Shown one piece after another: positions 53,603-64,000 of a stretch of DNA of 64,000 nucleotides. Source of the DNA: an uncultured Acidobacteriota bacterium (GTDB taxonomy: Bacteria; Acidobacteriota; Vicinamibacteria; Vicinamibacterales; UBA2999); the NCBI GenBank assembly GCA_963841905.1, contig CAWJEM010000024.1, positions 384,017-448,016 on the forward strand, in the 5' to 3' direction. The notes beneath the pieces were generated by a model. That model saw only the letters and a list, made by a program, of their open reading frames with translations, made no database searches and was not told where the DNA came from. How positions within the stretch are numbered: position 1 is the stretch's first letter; each line of letters begins with the position of its first letter. Made by a program: the position numbers and the translations under genes.

Positions 53603-54433
53603 CTACAAAGGCCTCAGGTGCGCCTTCACCCACGCAATGCTCTGCGCAATGACGCGGCGCGTCTCGTCGGTGTCGTTCAGGATCTCGAAGCCGTGATCCC
53701 CGGCCGGATAGTTGATCAGCGACACCGGCGCGTTCTTTGCCAGCGCGGCGGCGACGAACGCGTCGATGCTGTCGTTCAGCGCCTTCGCGTCGCGCCCGGA
53801 GCGCACGACCAGCGTGGGTGGAAACCTGTCGCCGCGCTCCCGCGCCTGCACCAGGGCGGAATGCGGCGCCAGCCGCGCGTCCTGATCGCCTTCGCCGAGG
53901 GAAAGGATGGCATAGGTCAGAACGACGCACGACGCCGGTGACTTCTCGCCGAGCATCGTGCCCGCAACGGTCCCGCCCGCCGAGAAATGCCACGTGCAGA
54001 GCCGCGAGGCGTCCAATCCGTACTTCGCCGCGTTGCTCTTCAAATAGTCGACGAGAGCGAGGCTGTCGTCACTCGCCGCGGGCACGGAATTCCGATCCCT
54101 CGCCAGCCGTTTGTCGTAGTTCACCGCCGCGATCCCTTCCGCCGCCAGCACACGCGCGAACGACGTGTAGAACGCGGCCGTGCGCCAGTCGTTCACCGAT
54201 CCGCCGCTGACCAGCAGGACTACAGGGTAGGTACCGCGCGCCGCGGGCAGGTAGATGTCCGCCTTCAGCATCGTGTCCCCGGCTGTCCGGAAGACAATCT
54301 CGCCCTCCACGCGCACGGCCTCTGTGCCGGGCACCGAGTAGAAGACGGGGATCTTCATCATGTCGCGCGGCCCCTGTGCGCCTGCCGCGCCCACCGCGAG
54401 CAACAGCGCCGCGAGTCCGACCATGCTTCTCAT
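53603..54433 (-). CDS. Alpha/beta hydrolase (esterase/dienelactone-hydrolase-like)
   Basis: Start is probably ATG 54433 (MRSMVGLAALLLAVGAAGAQG). Contains ...VVLLVSGGS...WHFSAGG...AGDHGFE.... Confidence 0.7.
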   Translation of the reverse strand: MRSMVGLAALLLAVGAAGAQGPRDMMKIPVFYSVPGTEAVRVEGEIVFRTAGDTMLKADIYLPAARGTYPVVLLVSGGSVNDWRTAAFYTSFARVLAAEGIAAVNYDKRLARDRNSVPAASDDSLALVDYLKSNAAKYGLDASRLCTWHFSAGGTVAGTMLGEKSPASCVVLTYAILSLGEGDQDARLAPHSALVQARERGDRFPPTLVVRSGRDAKALNDSIDAFVAAALAKNAPVSLINYPAGDHGFEILNDTDETRRVIAQSIAWVKAHLRPL

Positions 54434-54514
54434 CGCATGCCTCGATCTATGCACTGCGTCTTGCAATCGCCGTGAACCTTCTTAAATGAAAACCCCGCGT
54501 AAGTAAGTGTTGTG

Positions 54515-55305
54515 TCACCGGGCACCACGCTTCCGATAAATCGTCCAGCGAACTTCGCGAGGCATCGGCATGAGCCGCTCCAGATCGAACCTTTCTTCGC
54601 ACCAGCGCTGCAGGCGTGGAAGACACTCGGCTCGCACGGGTTCAGGAACATCCCAGATATAGGACAGCTCCCCGTCGACCACACGCCGGAGAAACTGGCG
54701 AAGCGTGATCGCCGGGCCGGGGCCCATTTCGACCTCGCCGTCACGATGCAGCCCGAGGTCTTCGAGCTGCTCATCCACCTCGGTTTCGGAGCGAACACCA
54801 GGATGAAACGGCATTGGTACGCCGGCCTGTTCGAACAGCCTCCGAGCCTCCTCTCGAATCTGCACCCACTCCTCGTCAATCTGTCCGTTGCCCCATTCGT
54901 GCAGCAAGGAGCCCCCGACAGCGAGAACTCGATGGGTTTCGGCCAGAATGGCGGGCCAGTCGGGGTCAGATAGAGCAGTCGAGCGATCACGACAGCATCG
55001 AAGCGCCCACCGGGAAACGGCAGATGCGATCCTTCGGCTCGTATCGGGAGCACCTTGGTGCGGCCAGCCTTCTCTCGCAATTGCGCGAGCATGCCAGGAG
55101 CCGCCTCTACCGCCACGACGTTGCACCCGCGACCAGCCAGCGGAATGGCGACCCGGCCAGTGCCTGCGCCAATGTCGACAACAGCCGCGCCCGCTTGAAG
55201 CCGAGCGGCCATCCAAAGACGGCCCAGTTCGGTGTCGGAGATGGTCGCGCCATGTCGACGGTCGTAAACGCGCGCATTCGCAGAGAAGTCGACGCGTTCT
55301 CTCAC
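54515..55305 (-). pseudogene. Class I SAM-dependent methyltransferase, frame broken once
   Basis: Pieces are 54430..55305 (VVDIGAGTGRVAIPLAGRGCNVVAVE) and 54515..55378 (...DPDWPAILAETHRVLAVGGSLL...). The junction ...ARLLYL|DPDW lacks one base at about 54967. Confidence 0.75.
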
Positions 55306-55441
55306 AATCTGGCTTCCGCAGATTTCTGAATGTGGCCCAAATCGTATCGCAAGCGCGGGCCCTCATCGGACAGTCCATCGCCGGCCGAGATCGTCAACTG
55401 GTCAGGGAACGGCAGAACTGCAATACACTGCCCCCCGGCGC

Positions 55442-55560
55442 ATGGCCGAGCTAAAAACCGGCCCAAAAAACGGCTCGTATGATGCTCCCCTCGGGGCAGG
55501 CGGCATGGGCGAGGTCTATCGCTCGCGCGACACGAAACTCAAACGCAGGTCCCCATCAGG
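55442..55560 (+). pseudogene. 5' end of a fourth Ser/Thr kinase gene that dissolves into C-rich sequence
   Basis: The ORF opens MAELKTGPKNGSYDAPLGAGGMGEVYRSRDTKLKR. The next codons still trace .VAIKVLP if several C are read as G. After that there is no recognisable coding. Confidence 0.5.
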
Positions 55561-55925
55561 TCCCCCCGGAATTTCCCACACACCCCCGCCCCCCTCCCAC
55601 CCTCCCCCCGCCAACCCGCCCCCCCCCCCACTAAACCACCCGCCCCCCCCCAAAAATAACGCATAGAGAACACCGCGACAACAGGTTCAGGACAAGCTGA
55701 TGAGCCGTCTCGTCTCTTATCGGAACTCGCCCGGGACGCGCCCCCCGCCCCCCTCCCCCCCCGCGCAGCGAGCCCATCAACCCATGAAATCCTCCGCTAC
55801 CATTCTATGTGGCGGGGGAGCGGCGACCCACCCCCCGCCGCCTGCCCCCTCCCCATCAACTAAATCACCATACCTCCCTCCCTCCTCCCTCTCCTTCTTA
55901 ACTACTGCCGCCACTCTCCTTCCCG
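55546..55925 (+). other. C-rich, G-poor low-complexity block
   Basis: Runs of C7-C11. There is no G in 55845-55908 (64 nt). Its strand bias is opposite to that of the 52.1 kb block. Confidence 0.9.
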
Positions 55926-55942
55926 CGCACGATGTCACGAGG

Positions 55943-56680
55943 TCAGTACAGCGGCCTGAGGATCTGGCCGACCCGCGCGATACTACGGGCAACGAACTCC
56001 TCCCGTCGCGTCAGGACGAGGAAGAATGCGCCGACGATGAGGGCACTCATTGCTGAAGTGCCCAGAAGGTATACGGGACTGACCGAGTGCACTCGCCGGT
56101 ACTCATGAACCATCGCCACTAGAATGAACGCGATGGGCGCGAGACAGCCGGCAATTGCCACCCAGGGTGCGAACCCGACGATCGAGACCAGGATGCGGAA
56201 GGTAGCTGCCGACAATGCGACGGCGCTGGCGAGCACGATGAACCGCTTGTGGTTTGCCGGGCGGTGTCGCATGTACATCGCGGCTGCATAGAAGACAGCG
56301 AAGAGGATCCAGATCGCGAAGATCGGCACTCCCATCAGTTGCCAGAAGGGGTCGCCATTCGGCCTCGTGGCCATGTCCACCCGCACGACGGACACGATCA
56401 ACCCGACAGCGATCATTAGCGTGCCCAGTACAATGCTGGCCAGCCCGATCATGCGATGCGTGGCGACACGTTCGCTTCGAATGAGGCCGGCCTGCGCCGG
56501 CAGCAGGAGGTACCACGCGAAGAACGTCCACCCGTGCACGTGAACGAGCGGTGAGACCTCGGGATAGGCGCCACGGAACAGCGGTCCGAAGTACGTGAAC
56601 CAGAACCCGGCGAACGCCGTGGCGCTCATCGCCAGGGCGAGCCATAGGTAGAAGGCGTCGCGCTTCCTCGATACGACCAT
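55943..56680 (-). CDS. Hypothetical polytopic membrane protein
   Basis: Start ATG 56680 (MVVSRKRDAFYLWLALAMSATAFAGFWF). About 6 TM helices. I recognise no family. Confidence 0.6.
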   Translation of the reverse strand: MVVSRKRDAFYLWLALAMSATAFAGFWFTYFGPLFRGAYPEVSPLVHVHGWTFFAWYLLLPAQAGLIRSERVATHRMIGLASIVLGTLMIAVGLIVSVVRVDMATRPNGDPFWQLMGVPIFAIWILFAVFYAAAMYMRHRPANHKRFIVLASAVALSAATFRILVSIVGFAPWVAIAGCLAPIAFILVAMVHEYRRVHSVSPVYLLGTSAMSALIVGAFFLVLTRREEFVARSIARVGQILRPLY

Positions 56681-56747
56681 TGCCCACAGCTCCGTTCGAG
56701 GGGCCCCACGATGTGTCAAAGAGCAGCAGACAGATAGCCACCCTTCG

Positions 56748-57981
56748 CTACAGGATCCGCAGAAACGCAATGATGTCCTGAATATCCTGCTCGGTCAGCA
56801 GGATGTTCGAGTCGGTGATCGGAAAGCCGATATTCGATGTAAAGAAGAACACGTACTGTTCCATCACCTCTTCGAGTGTCTTTGCTGAATTGTCGTGGAA
56901 GTACGGCGCCGTACGCCGCACGCCAAAGAGCTGCGGCGTCTTGAACATGTTGGCGAAGAATGCTGGGTGGAGGATGCACGATTCCTTCGGAGGGAGCAGC
57001 CGCGCCAGGATCGGGATGTTGTAGACGCCGGTGATCATGATCCCCGGATCGGGCGAGCTGACGATCTGGGTCGTGTTGCACGCGTCGGTCACCGCGAAGG
57101 TGTGCACCGGGTTTCATCAGGTTTCGCGAGCTCACGAGAATGTCAAACGCACGCCAACCCAGGCGGCGCGCCCGTTGCGGCGGTCGTAAACTGGTTGGCC
57201 GTATTCAGGAGCGGCCCGCTGTGGCAGAACGCGCACGCACCCTTCTTGCTCGGTGGGTTCCACGGAGCGTCCACGAAGAACTCCCGTCCGCGCTTCTGTG
57301 ATGCGCTATGCCCTTCCGGGAGGGGCGGCGGCAGACCTCCGGCCGCGAACGCCTCAACACGTTGCTCGAGAAGAACCGCTTGTCCGACTGCTGGAACGCG
57401 GCGATCGCATCGAGTTGCTCTCGCGTCGGCGGAATGGTGGCTTGCGCATGCCGGTCGATCGCCCCCGATGCCTGGTCCTGCAGGTCCGCGTTTCGCAAGT
57501 CGTACATCAATGCGGGATCGAGCGCCGGGGTATTCAGCGTACTGGGAACACCCCTCGCGAAGACCACGGAGGTGGTGAGAGGATCGTCCAGGAGGACCAC
57601 CCCTTCCGGCAGTTCGCGCTCGATCAGAATCGTCGCGTGAGTCGCGATTCGGGTCGTGCCGCTGACGAAGTCGTCGAGGCCATCGTGCGCGAACAGGGGG
57701 TCCGACGGGTCATCCCCCAGGCGCTCGGCAACCTCTTCTGGATCGATCGTGCCGTCATCGCCGGAATGGCACGTGCGGCAGGTGCGGCCGTTGCCACCGA
57801 AAGTTTCACGGTCGAACAGACGCTTTCCTCGGTGGGTTCCTGCCGCCGACGCGTCTTCCGACATGACCGCGATAGGCGCTTGCTGCCTTGCGGCTGCCTC
57901 CAACCCCAGAAACAGCACCAACGCCACGACTCCAACGCGCGAGACACACTGCCACGGTCGATCGCCTTGTTCATGATTCAC
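56748..57981 (-). pseudogene. Di-haem cytochrome c peroxidase family protein, frame broken at least 4 times
   Basis: 57205..58074 carries CRTCH. A shifted frame carries ...EAFAAGGLPPPLPEGHSASQKRGREFFVDAPWNPPSKKGACAFCHSGPLLN.... 56748..57107 carries ...TAPYFHDNSAKTLEEVMEQY.... Breaks lie at about 57362 and between 57110 and 57180. Confidence 0.75.
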
Positions 57982-58137
57982 TCTCAGCCGGCAATTCCTT
58001 GACTCGTGCAGGGCTTTTGGATAGAACCGCGCAAGACGACCCCAAAACCCCTCACGACGGCGCGCGAATCTCATCCGCCGCGTGCGCGGAACTGCCGGAA
58101 TTGCACGGCCGAGACTGGTGTAGGGTCGGGAGGCCGG

Positions 58138-58731
58138 ATGGCGCAGCCGCCAGATGGAGACATCTCGCGGCTGCTCACTGCATGGAGCGCTCGTGAACCA
58201 GGAGCTGACGAGCGGCTGTTTTCAGCCGTCTACGCCGAGTTGCGCAAGATCGCAGCCTCCCAACGCCGGCCGAAGTCCGGGCCACAGCCTGCAGACGACT
58301 GCGTTGGTGCACGAGGCTTACCTGCGTCTGAACGGACAGCGCGGGGTGACGTGGAAGAATCGCGGCCATTTCTTCGCGATTGCTTCTCACGTGATGCGCC
58401 GCATCCTGGTGGACCATGCGCGACGGCGGAAAGCCGCGAAACGGGGCGGTGCGCTCGCGCCTCACCACTCGACGACGTCCTGCTGGCGGTTGCGGGACAG
58501 GTCGATCTGGTCGAGCTCGACCTCGCGCTCGAGAAGCTCGAGCAGCTGGATCCCCGGGGCGCGAAGGTGGTGGAGCTTCGCTTCTTCGCGGGTCTGACGG
58601 TACCGCAGGTGGCGGCCGCGCTTGGCGTCTCGCGCGCGACGATCGAGCGCGAGTGGACCGCGGCCCGCGCGTGGCTCCGCCGCGAGCTCAACGGGGGGCC
58701 AAACCAATGGGTGATCGCTACATCCGCGTGA
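58138..58731 (+). pseudogene. ECF sigma factor (TIGR02999-like), frame broken twice
   Basis: [41 protein letters not shown]..., then in another frame ...[17 protein letters not shown]...[31 protein letters not shown], then ...[44 protein letters not shown]. Breaks: +1 at about 58277 and -1 at about 58460. Confidence 0.8.
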
Positions 58732-61467
58732 AGGAGTTGTTTCTGCATGCGAGCAAGATCTCAAGCGGCGCGCGCGGCGCGTGGCTCGACAATGCGTGTG
58801 GTGAAGATGCCGCGTTGCGTGGCGAGGTGGAGTCCCTGCTGACCGCGGAGGAGGATGCCGCTCGAACGTATCTCCAGCCCGACGCAGCTCTCGTGGTTTC
58901 CGCCGGCTCGCGCGTTTCGCACTATCGCATCATCGAGCGGCTGGGTGAAGGCGGCATGGGCGAGGTCTGGCTCGCCCACGACGAGACGCTCGATCGTCGC
59001 GTGGCGCTGAAGTTTCCCGCCGCCGATGGTTCCGCGATCTGCTCGTCCACCAGCGGTTCCTGCGCGAGGCGCGGGCTGTAGCCGCGCTGGAGCACCCCTC
59101 CATCTGCCGCGTGTTCGAGCTAGGCGAGTTCGCCGGGCACACGTTCATCGCCATGGAGTACGTCGAGGGAGAGACAATGGCGGCGCTGCTAGGCCGCAGG
59201 TCGGGTGCCAGTCGAGCAGGCGCTGTCATGGGGCGTCGTCATCGCCGCGGCCCTGGAGGAGGCTCACCGGAAGGGGATCGTGCACCGGGACCTCAAGCCA
59301 GCCAACATCATGGTCACCGCGTCGGGCGAGATCAAGGTGATGGACTTCGGCCTCGCCCGCACCCTGCCCCGCCGCATTACGCCCGACGGTGGAGACTGGG
59401 CTCCGGCCACGGCCGCTGGCGTCATCGCGGGTACTCCACCCTATATGGCTCCCGAACAGTAGCGCGGGAACGGTGGACGAACGAGCGGACATCTGGGCAC
59501 TCGGGTGTGTGCTTTACGAACTGCTAACCGGTCGCGACCTTCAGTGATGTGAGCCCGGAGGTCTCATCGATGCGATTCTGCACATCGAGCCCCCGGCGCT
59601 CTCGAAGTATGACGCTTGACCCCGGGATCGCTCGAGCGAGTCGTGCGAAAGTGTCTGGCGAAGGATCCAAACGCGCGCTGGCAAACCGCACACGATCTCG
59701 GGACGAGCTGCAGTGGCTGGCGGAAGCGAGCGCGGAAGCGGGTTCCGGACTGGCGGTCCGACGTCGCGCAACCTCACACGGCAGGCGATCTGGGCGTCGA
59801 TTGCTCCGCCGGCTGATGTGACCGGCCTCGGCGTCCCCACTGTCGCCCGACGGCCGCACCTGGTCTTCGAAGGCTGGGGCGAAGCGGGGCCGGGCGATCT
59901 GTGGCTCCATGCCCTCGGCGGAACGGTGCGCGCGACTCCCCGGCACCAAATCAGCGGCGCAGCCGTTTTTTTCGCCTGACGGCCGATCGCTCGGGTTTTT
60001 CGCCGAGGGATCACTGGAGTCCTCGATCTCGCAAGCGGACGCAGCGTCACCCTCGCGGACGGCTGCAGGCTGTTTTCGGCGGGCACGTGGGCCGGAGACT
60101 CGCCGGGTCGTGATCCTCTTCTCGCGCGGCGTCAGCGCGGGTCTGTGGCGTATCGGGGGCGCAGGCGGATCCATCGCGCCCGTGACGTCCCTCGACTCGG
60201 TCGCGGCGAGTTCACACCTATGGCCACACTTCCTTCCTGATGGCCGACATTTCCTGTTCGTGGTTGCGGCTGGACGAGAACCCGGCATCTATCTAGGGTC
60301 GCTCGATCACGGTGCAATCCGGTGTCTGATCGAGACACCGCATATTGCGGGAACGGCGGTGGCGTATTCGCCAAGCGGACACCTCCTGTATCTCAGGGGG
60401 GGGACGCTCGTTGCGCAGCCATTCGACGTCACGCGGTTGGAGCTGACGAGTGATGCGGTGCGGGTGGCCGAGAGTGTTGCGTGTTATGGGCCAGGGGTTT
60501 CGTCATTTTCCGTTTCGGCCGAAGGCACGCTGGTTTTTCGTGAGGATGCCGGCTGGCCAGAGTGGCAACCGGTCTGGCTCGATCGCGCGGCACGAATCAG
60601 ATCGGATCAGCTGGTCCGTTACTGGTCCGGAACGCCCTTGTTTCCACCCAGCCGCGCCCCGGATGTCTTCCGGCCAAGCATTTCCTCCGACGGCCGCTGG
60701 CTCGCACTGACGCGGCGGCAATCGAATCGACACCCGCAGATCTGGATCTCGACCTTCAGCGTGGCACGGCATCGCCGTTTACCGTCGGCGCATTCAATGG
60801 GATGCCGATCTGGTCGCCGCAGGGTGATCGGCTGCTGTGGGGAAGGGCCGCTGACTCGGATCCTGACGTGTACGTGCGATCAATCGCCGAGTCCGGTGGA
60901 GGGGAGCTGCTGATTCACGATGCGGCCCGGCTTCAGAGATGGCCCAGCGATTGGTCGCGCAGCGGACGTTACGTGTCGTCCAGCAGGAAAGCCCTGGGCT
61001 GACGGGATGGGATCTGTTCGTCGTGGACCTCCAGCGGGAGGGCCGGCCGTTGCGTCCGTATCTTGCGACGGAGGCGATGGAACGAACCGGTGTGTTCTCG
61101 CCGGACGAGCGCTGGGTGGCCTACAGCTCGAACGTCTCTGGAGTGCTCGAGGTCTATCTGAGTACGTTCCCCGAGCACGGACGCCGATGGCAGGTTTCGA
61201 GGGGCGGCGGAATGCTGCCGCTCTGGGCCGCGACGGAAGCGAGCTGTATTACGTCGATCTGGAACAACGCCTCATGGCCGTACGGATCGACGATGACGGG
61301 AATCTGAGCCTGTCGGAGCCGAAGCTGCTCTTTCAGCACGAGTCAAGCGGCCATCTTGTCGTGGCCCCGGACGGCAGGCGTTTCTTGGCCTGCGCAGGGT
61401 GGGGCGAGCGGGAACCAAGCCATTCACGCTCGTTCTGGATTGGCCGCAGATCGTGCGGGAAACCTGA
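58707..61467 (+). pseudogene. Ser/Thr protein kinase (sigma-associated N-terminus, TolB-like propeller C-terminus), many frame breaks
   Basis: MGDRYIRVKELFLHASKI...[47 protein letters not shown], propeller SPDG blades, and tail PFTLVLDWPQIVRET* (TGA 61465-61467). These are spread over at least 7 ORF fragments. Confidence 0.8.
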
Positions 61468-61813
61468 GAAAGGAGCCGCGATCGAACGTAAGTCTGCGGA
61501 CGCATGTCGACCGTCTGCGCGGTGGCGATCCAGCCGATGCCGATGCGAGGCCAAACAGGACCGTGCGCAATGACCAGTGCCATGCGGGTGTCTCTGGCTG
61601 GGTGCGCCAACTCCATGAACGTCGCTGCGCAGCCGAGCCGTATTCGGGCGTGACTGACTGCGGCCTCACTCGTGGCGCAACGCCATGAGCGGATCCATCA
61701 GGGCACCGAGCGGCCGCAGCCCAAGGTGTCGAGATAAGTCGCCGTCGCGCACTCGACCGTTTGCAGCTCGATCCGGTGGCCTGGCCCTGGAAGCTGGTGA
61801 CACGGCTCGGGTC

Positions 61814-62673
61814 TCACTCGGTGTCGGCCCAGGTGCTCGACAGTTGCCGTTGCACGAACTGCAGGATGGCGCGCGACGTCTCGTCGTCGCTCTTCGCCAT
61901 CTCCGACCAAATCGTGTTGTGCGTTCGGCCGCGAATCATCCGCACGTCGGTCTCGCGCTGGCCAGCCTGCCCCAACGCGGTGACGAACTCGCCTTGCTGC
62001 TGTTGGCGCCACGTGTCGTCGCCATCGGCGTACAGCGGCGGCATCAGCGGCGCGTCCACTCAGACGTACGTCGCCGGTGACGCGGCCTTCCACACGTTTG
62101 CGTCGATACCCCACGTGTCTTTCGGACGATCGGGCGCGACGCCGGGGCGATCGACATAGAAGAAGCCACTCACCGGAACCACACCGCGGATATCTCGTGG
62201 CGTCAGTCCATGCACCGCCAGATACTTCGGATCGAGGACAGCAGCGCCGCGAGATAGGCTCCTGCAGAGTGCCCAATCACGAACAATTTACCCGGGTCGC
62301 CGCCGTGTTGCGCGATGTTGCGCTTGACCCACGCCACCGCGGCCGCGATGTCCTCGATGTGCGCGGGATGCATCACGCCGGGCGAGAGGCGGTGGTTCAC
62401 GACGACAGTGACGTGACCGGCAGACGCAAACCGCTGCCCGACGAAGGTCTGTCCCGACTTGTCCCCCTGCCGCAACCCGCCGCCGTGAATCGAGACGATG
62501 ACCGGGGCGTTGGTCGCTTTGTCGGGCGTATAGATGTCGAGTCGATCTTTCTTGTCAGGATAGTCCGCGCCCGCCACGTAGTCGACGTCGGAGACCACGC
62601 GGACCTGTGCGAACACCGTTGAGGCCACCGAGATGGCCATCAGCGTCATCAGAATGGCGACGTCGCGCTTCAT
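61814..62673 (-). pseudogene. Alpha/beta hydrolase (HGGG-type carboxylesterase) with one frameshift and one in-frame TGA
   Basis: ATG 62673. Motifs VSIHGGGL and VIGHSAGAYLAA. Junction ...AALLS|LDPKYLAVHGL (-1 at about 62240). TGA at 62059-62061 interrupts ...SPATYV*VDAPLMPPLYADGDD.... Confidence 0.7.
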
Positions 62674-62792
62674 ACGCCTCTCCATGGCAGAGCGATCGCC
62701 CCCCGGCGATGGCATGTGGTTACTTTACTCCGGTGCATGGCGCGGAGGTGACCGCGTCTCTGCGGTTACACTCGGGCAGTCCGGAGGTGCAC

Positions 62793-64000
62793 ATGGACAG
62801 TTCCCGGCGTCGTTTTCTCGCGGCCCTGCCGGCGGTGGGCCTGCTCAGGCGGCTCGAGGGCGCTGCCCAGGACTGCGTCATCACCAGATCCGCTCGGCGT
62901 GCGGCCGACTTCCCCGCCGCCGCGAGAGCCTGTATCTCGATGCGGCGTACATCACGCCGACGCCCCGGCCGGTGGTCGAGGCCGGCCGGGAGTTCGCGGA
63001 AAGCAAGGGCCGGCGGCCGATTTCGTTGGGCGAGATGTTCGCGCGTACCGACCAGGTGCGGGCAGCGTTCGCGCGGACTTGATTGGCGCGCAGCCGGCAG
63101 AAGTCGGGTTCCTGTTCCGGCCAGCGAAGGCGAGAACATCGTCGCCCACGCGCTCGGCTTGACGCGGGGCGACAACGTCGTCGTCGACGAGCTGCACTAC
63201 AACACCTCGTTCGTGCTGTATCAGACACTCGAACAGACGACGGGCGTCGAATTGAGGATAGGAAGGCCGGGAGGGCGGCATGAGGGCCGCTGATTCGAGC
63301 CACTCGTCGATCGGCGGACCCGGGTGGTGTCGGTCGCGTGGGTGTCGCACCAGAACGGATTCCGGCACGACATGCCGCCGATCGCCGAGCTCGCCCACCG
63401 TCACGGCGCCTGGCTCTATGCCGATGCGGTCCAGGCCGTCGGCATGTTCCCCATCGACGTCCGGGCCAGCAGCGTGGACGTCATGACGACCGGGACCTAC
63501 AAGTGGCTCCTCGGAAGCTACGGCGTCGCGCCCTTCTACGTGCGCAGCGAGCTGCTCGACCGGATCTCGCCCGACCGCATGGGCGCCTTGCACGTCGAGC
63601 GTGCGCTGCCGGATCGTCGATACGAGATCTACAAGACCGCCAAGAAGTTCGACTATGCGACACTCGCCTTCGGGCCGCTGTATCAGCTCCGGCGCGGCTC
63701 TCGACGTATCTCAATCGTGTTGGAGTGGCAGCGCATCGAAAGCCACACCGTTGGCGCTCGCCGACGAGCTTGGCCGCGGACTGCGCGCACGGTTTTTACC
63801 GTGCTCACCCCCGCCGGGAATCGATACCTCGATTGTCGCCTTCCGCAATCCCACGAAAACGGCGGCAATCGCCCGCACGGTGCTCGACCGCGCGAGCGCC
63901 CGCGTCAGCCTCCGAGAAAACGGCAGCCAGATCCGCGTGTCACCGGCGCTCTTCAACTCGTCGAACGACATTCGCCGCTTTCTCGATCTGGCCGATGAGT
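62793..64000 (+). pseudogene. Class V aminotransferase-fold PLP enzyme with Tat-like leader, many frame breaks, 3' end outside window
   Basis: MDSSRRRFLAALPAVGLL, ...LYLDAAYITPTPRPVVEAG..., ...EGENIVAHALGLTRGDNVVVDELHYNTS..., ...VSVAWVSHQNGFRHD...TTGTYKWLLGSYGVAPFYV..., ...IRVSPALFNSSNDIRRFLDL. These are spread over at least 5 frames. Confidence 0.65.

Noticed and set aside
61664-61800. A minus-strand tail ...LMDPLMALRHE* resembling the conserved C-terminus of FtsX/ADOP permeases (compare ...VSPIRALREE* at 19818).
   Set aside because: Only about 10 residues match. I could not recover upstream FtsX helices in any frame, and the stretch abuts the esterase 3' end. At most it is a tiny relic.
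62059-62061. The in-frame TGA in the carboxylesterase as a second selenocysteine codon.
   Set aside because: It is not at a redox or catalytic Cys position (...SPATYV*VDAPLMPP...). I could find no stem-loop at SECIS distance downstream. The gene also carries a frameshift, so a nonsense change or base error is more likely.

Overview
High-GC (about two-thirds G+C by eye) bacterial chromosomal segment. Gene content points to Acidobacteriota: a VWFA-related acidobacterial-domain protein, an ADOP-type orphan ABC permease, four Ser/Thr kinases fused to TolB-like beta-propellers, and a TIGR02999-type ECF sigma factor. I support about 55 protein-coding genes. I recognise no rRNA, tRNA, CRISPR array, transposase or integrase. 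Layout: 0-7 kb holds an Lhr helicase tail, an AI-2E transporter, M55 and S9 peptidases and a spermidine-synthase-like membrane protein. 6.9-15.6 kb is a periplasm-oriented sugar-oxidation island (GMC oxidoreductase plus Tat small subunit, two Gfo/Idh/MocA enzymes, DUF1080, TIM-barrel isomerase, MFS). 15.7-24.4 kb holds an M20 amidohydrolase, ADOP permease, quinone reductase, DsbA-like protein and VWA protein. 24.5-28 kb is a xanthine-dehydrogenase-family operon. 28-38 kb holds an OMP, GGT and proline-racemase-family/HDAC/OCD genes. 38.4-43.2 kb holds an MscS-cNMP channel, M48 protease and CHASE2 cyclase. 43.5-64 kb holds kinases, ArsR-SRPBCC-DinB, hydrolases, a haem peroxidase, an ECF sigma factor and an aminotransferase. 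Three things stand out. (1) An in-frame TGA sits exactly at the first Cys of the CxxC motif of the DsbA-like gene and is followed by an fdhF-like SECIS hairpin, making it a candidate selenoprotein. (2) At least 13 intergenic sites carry locus-specific 7-8 nt (once 13 nt) tandem arrays, mostly arranged as inverted arms. (3) There are at least 25 reading-frame disruptions, increasing toward the 3' end, plus two strand-asymmetric low-complexity blocks in which recognisable genes (zwf, a kinase) dissolve. Item 3 is most simply explained by sequence-quality decay or unspaced contig joins, so every pseudogene call here is provisional.
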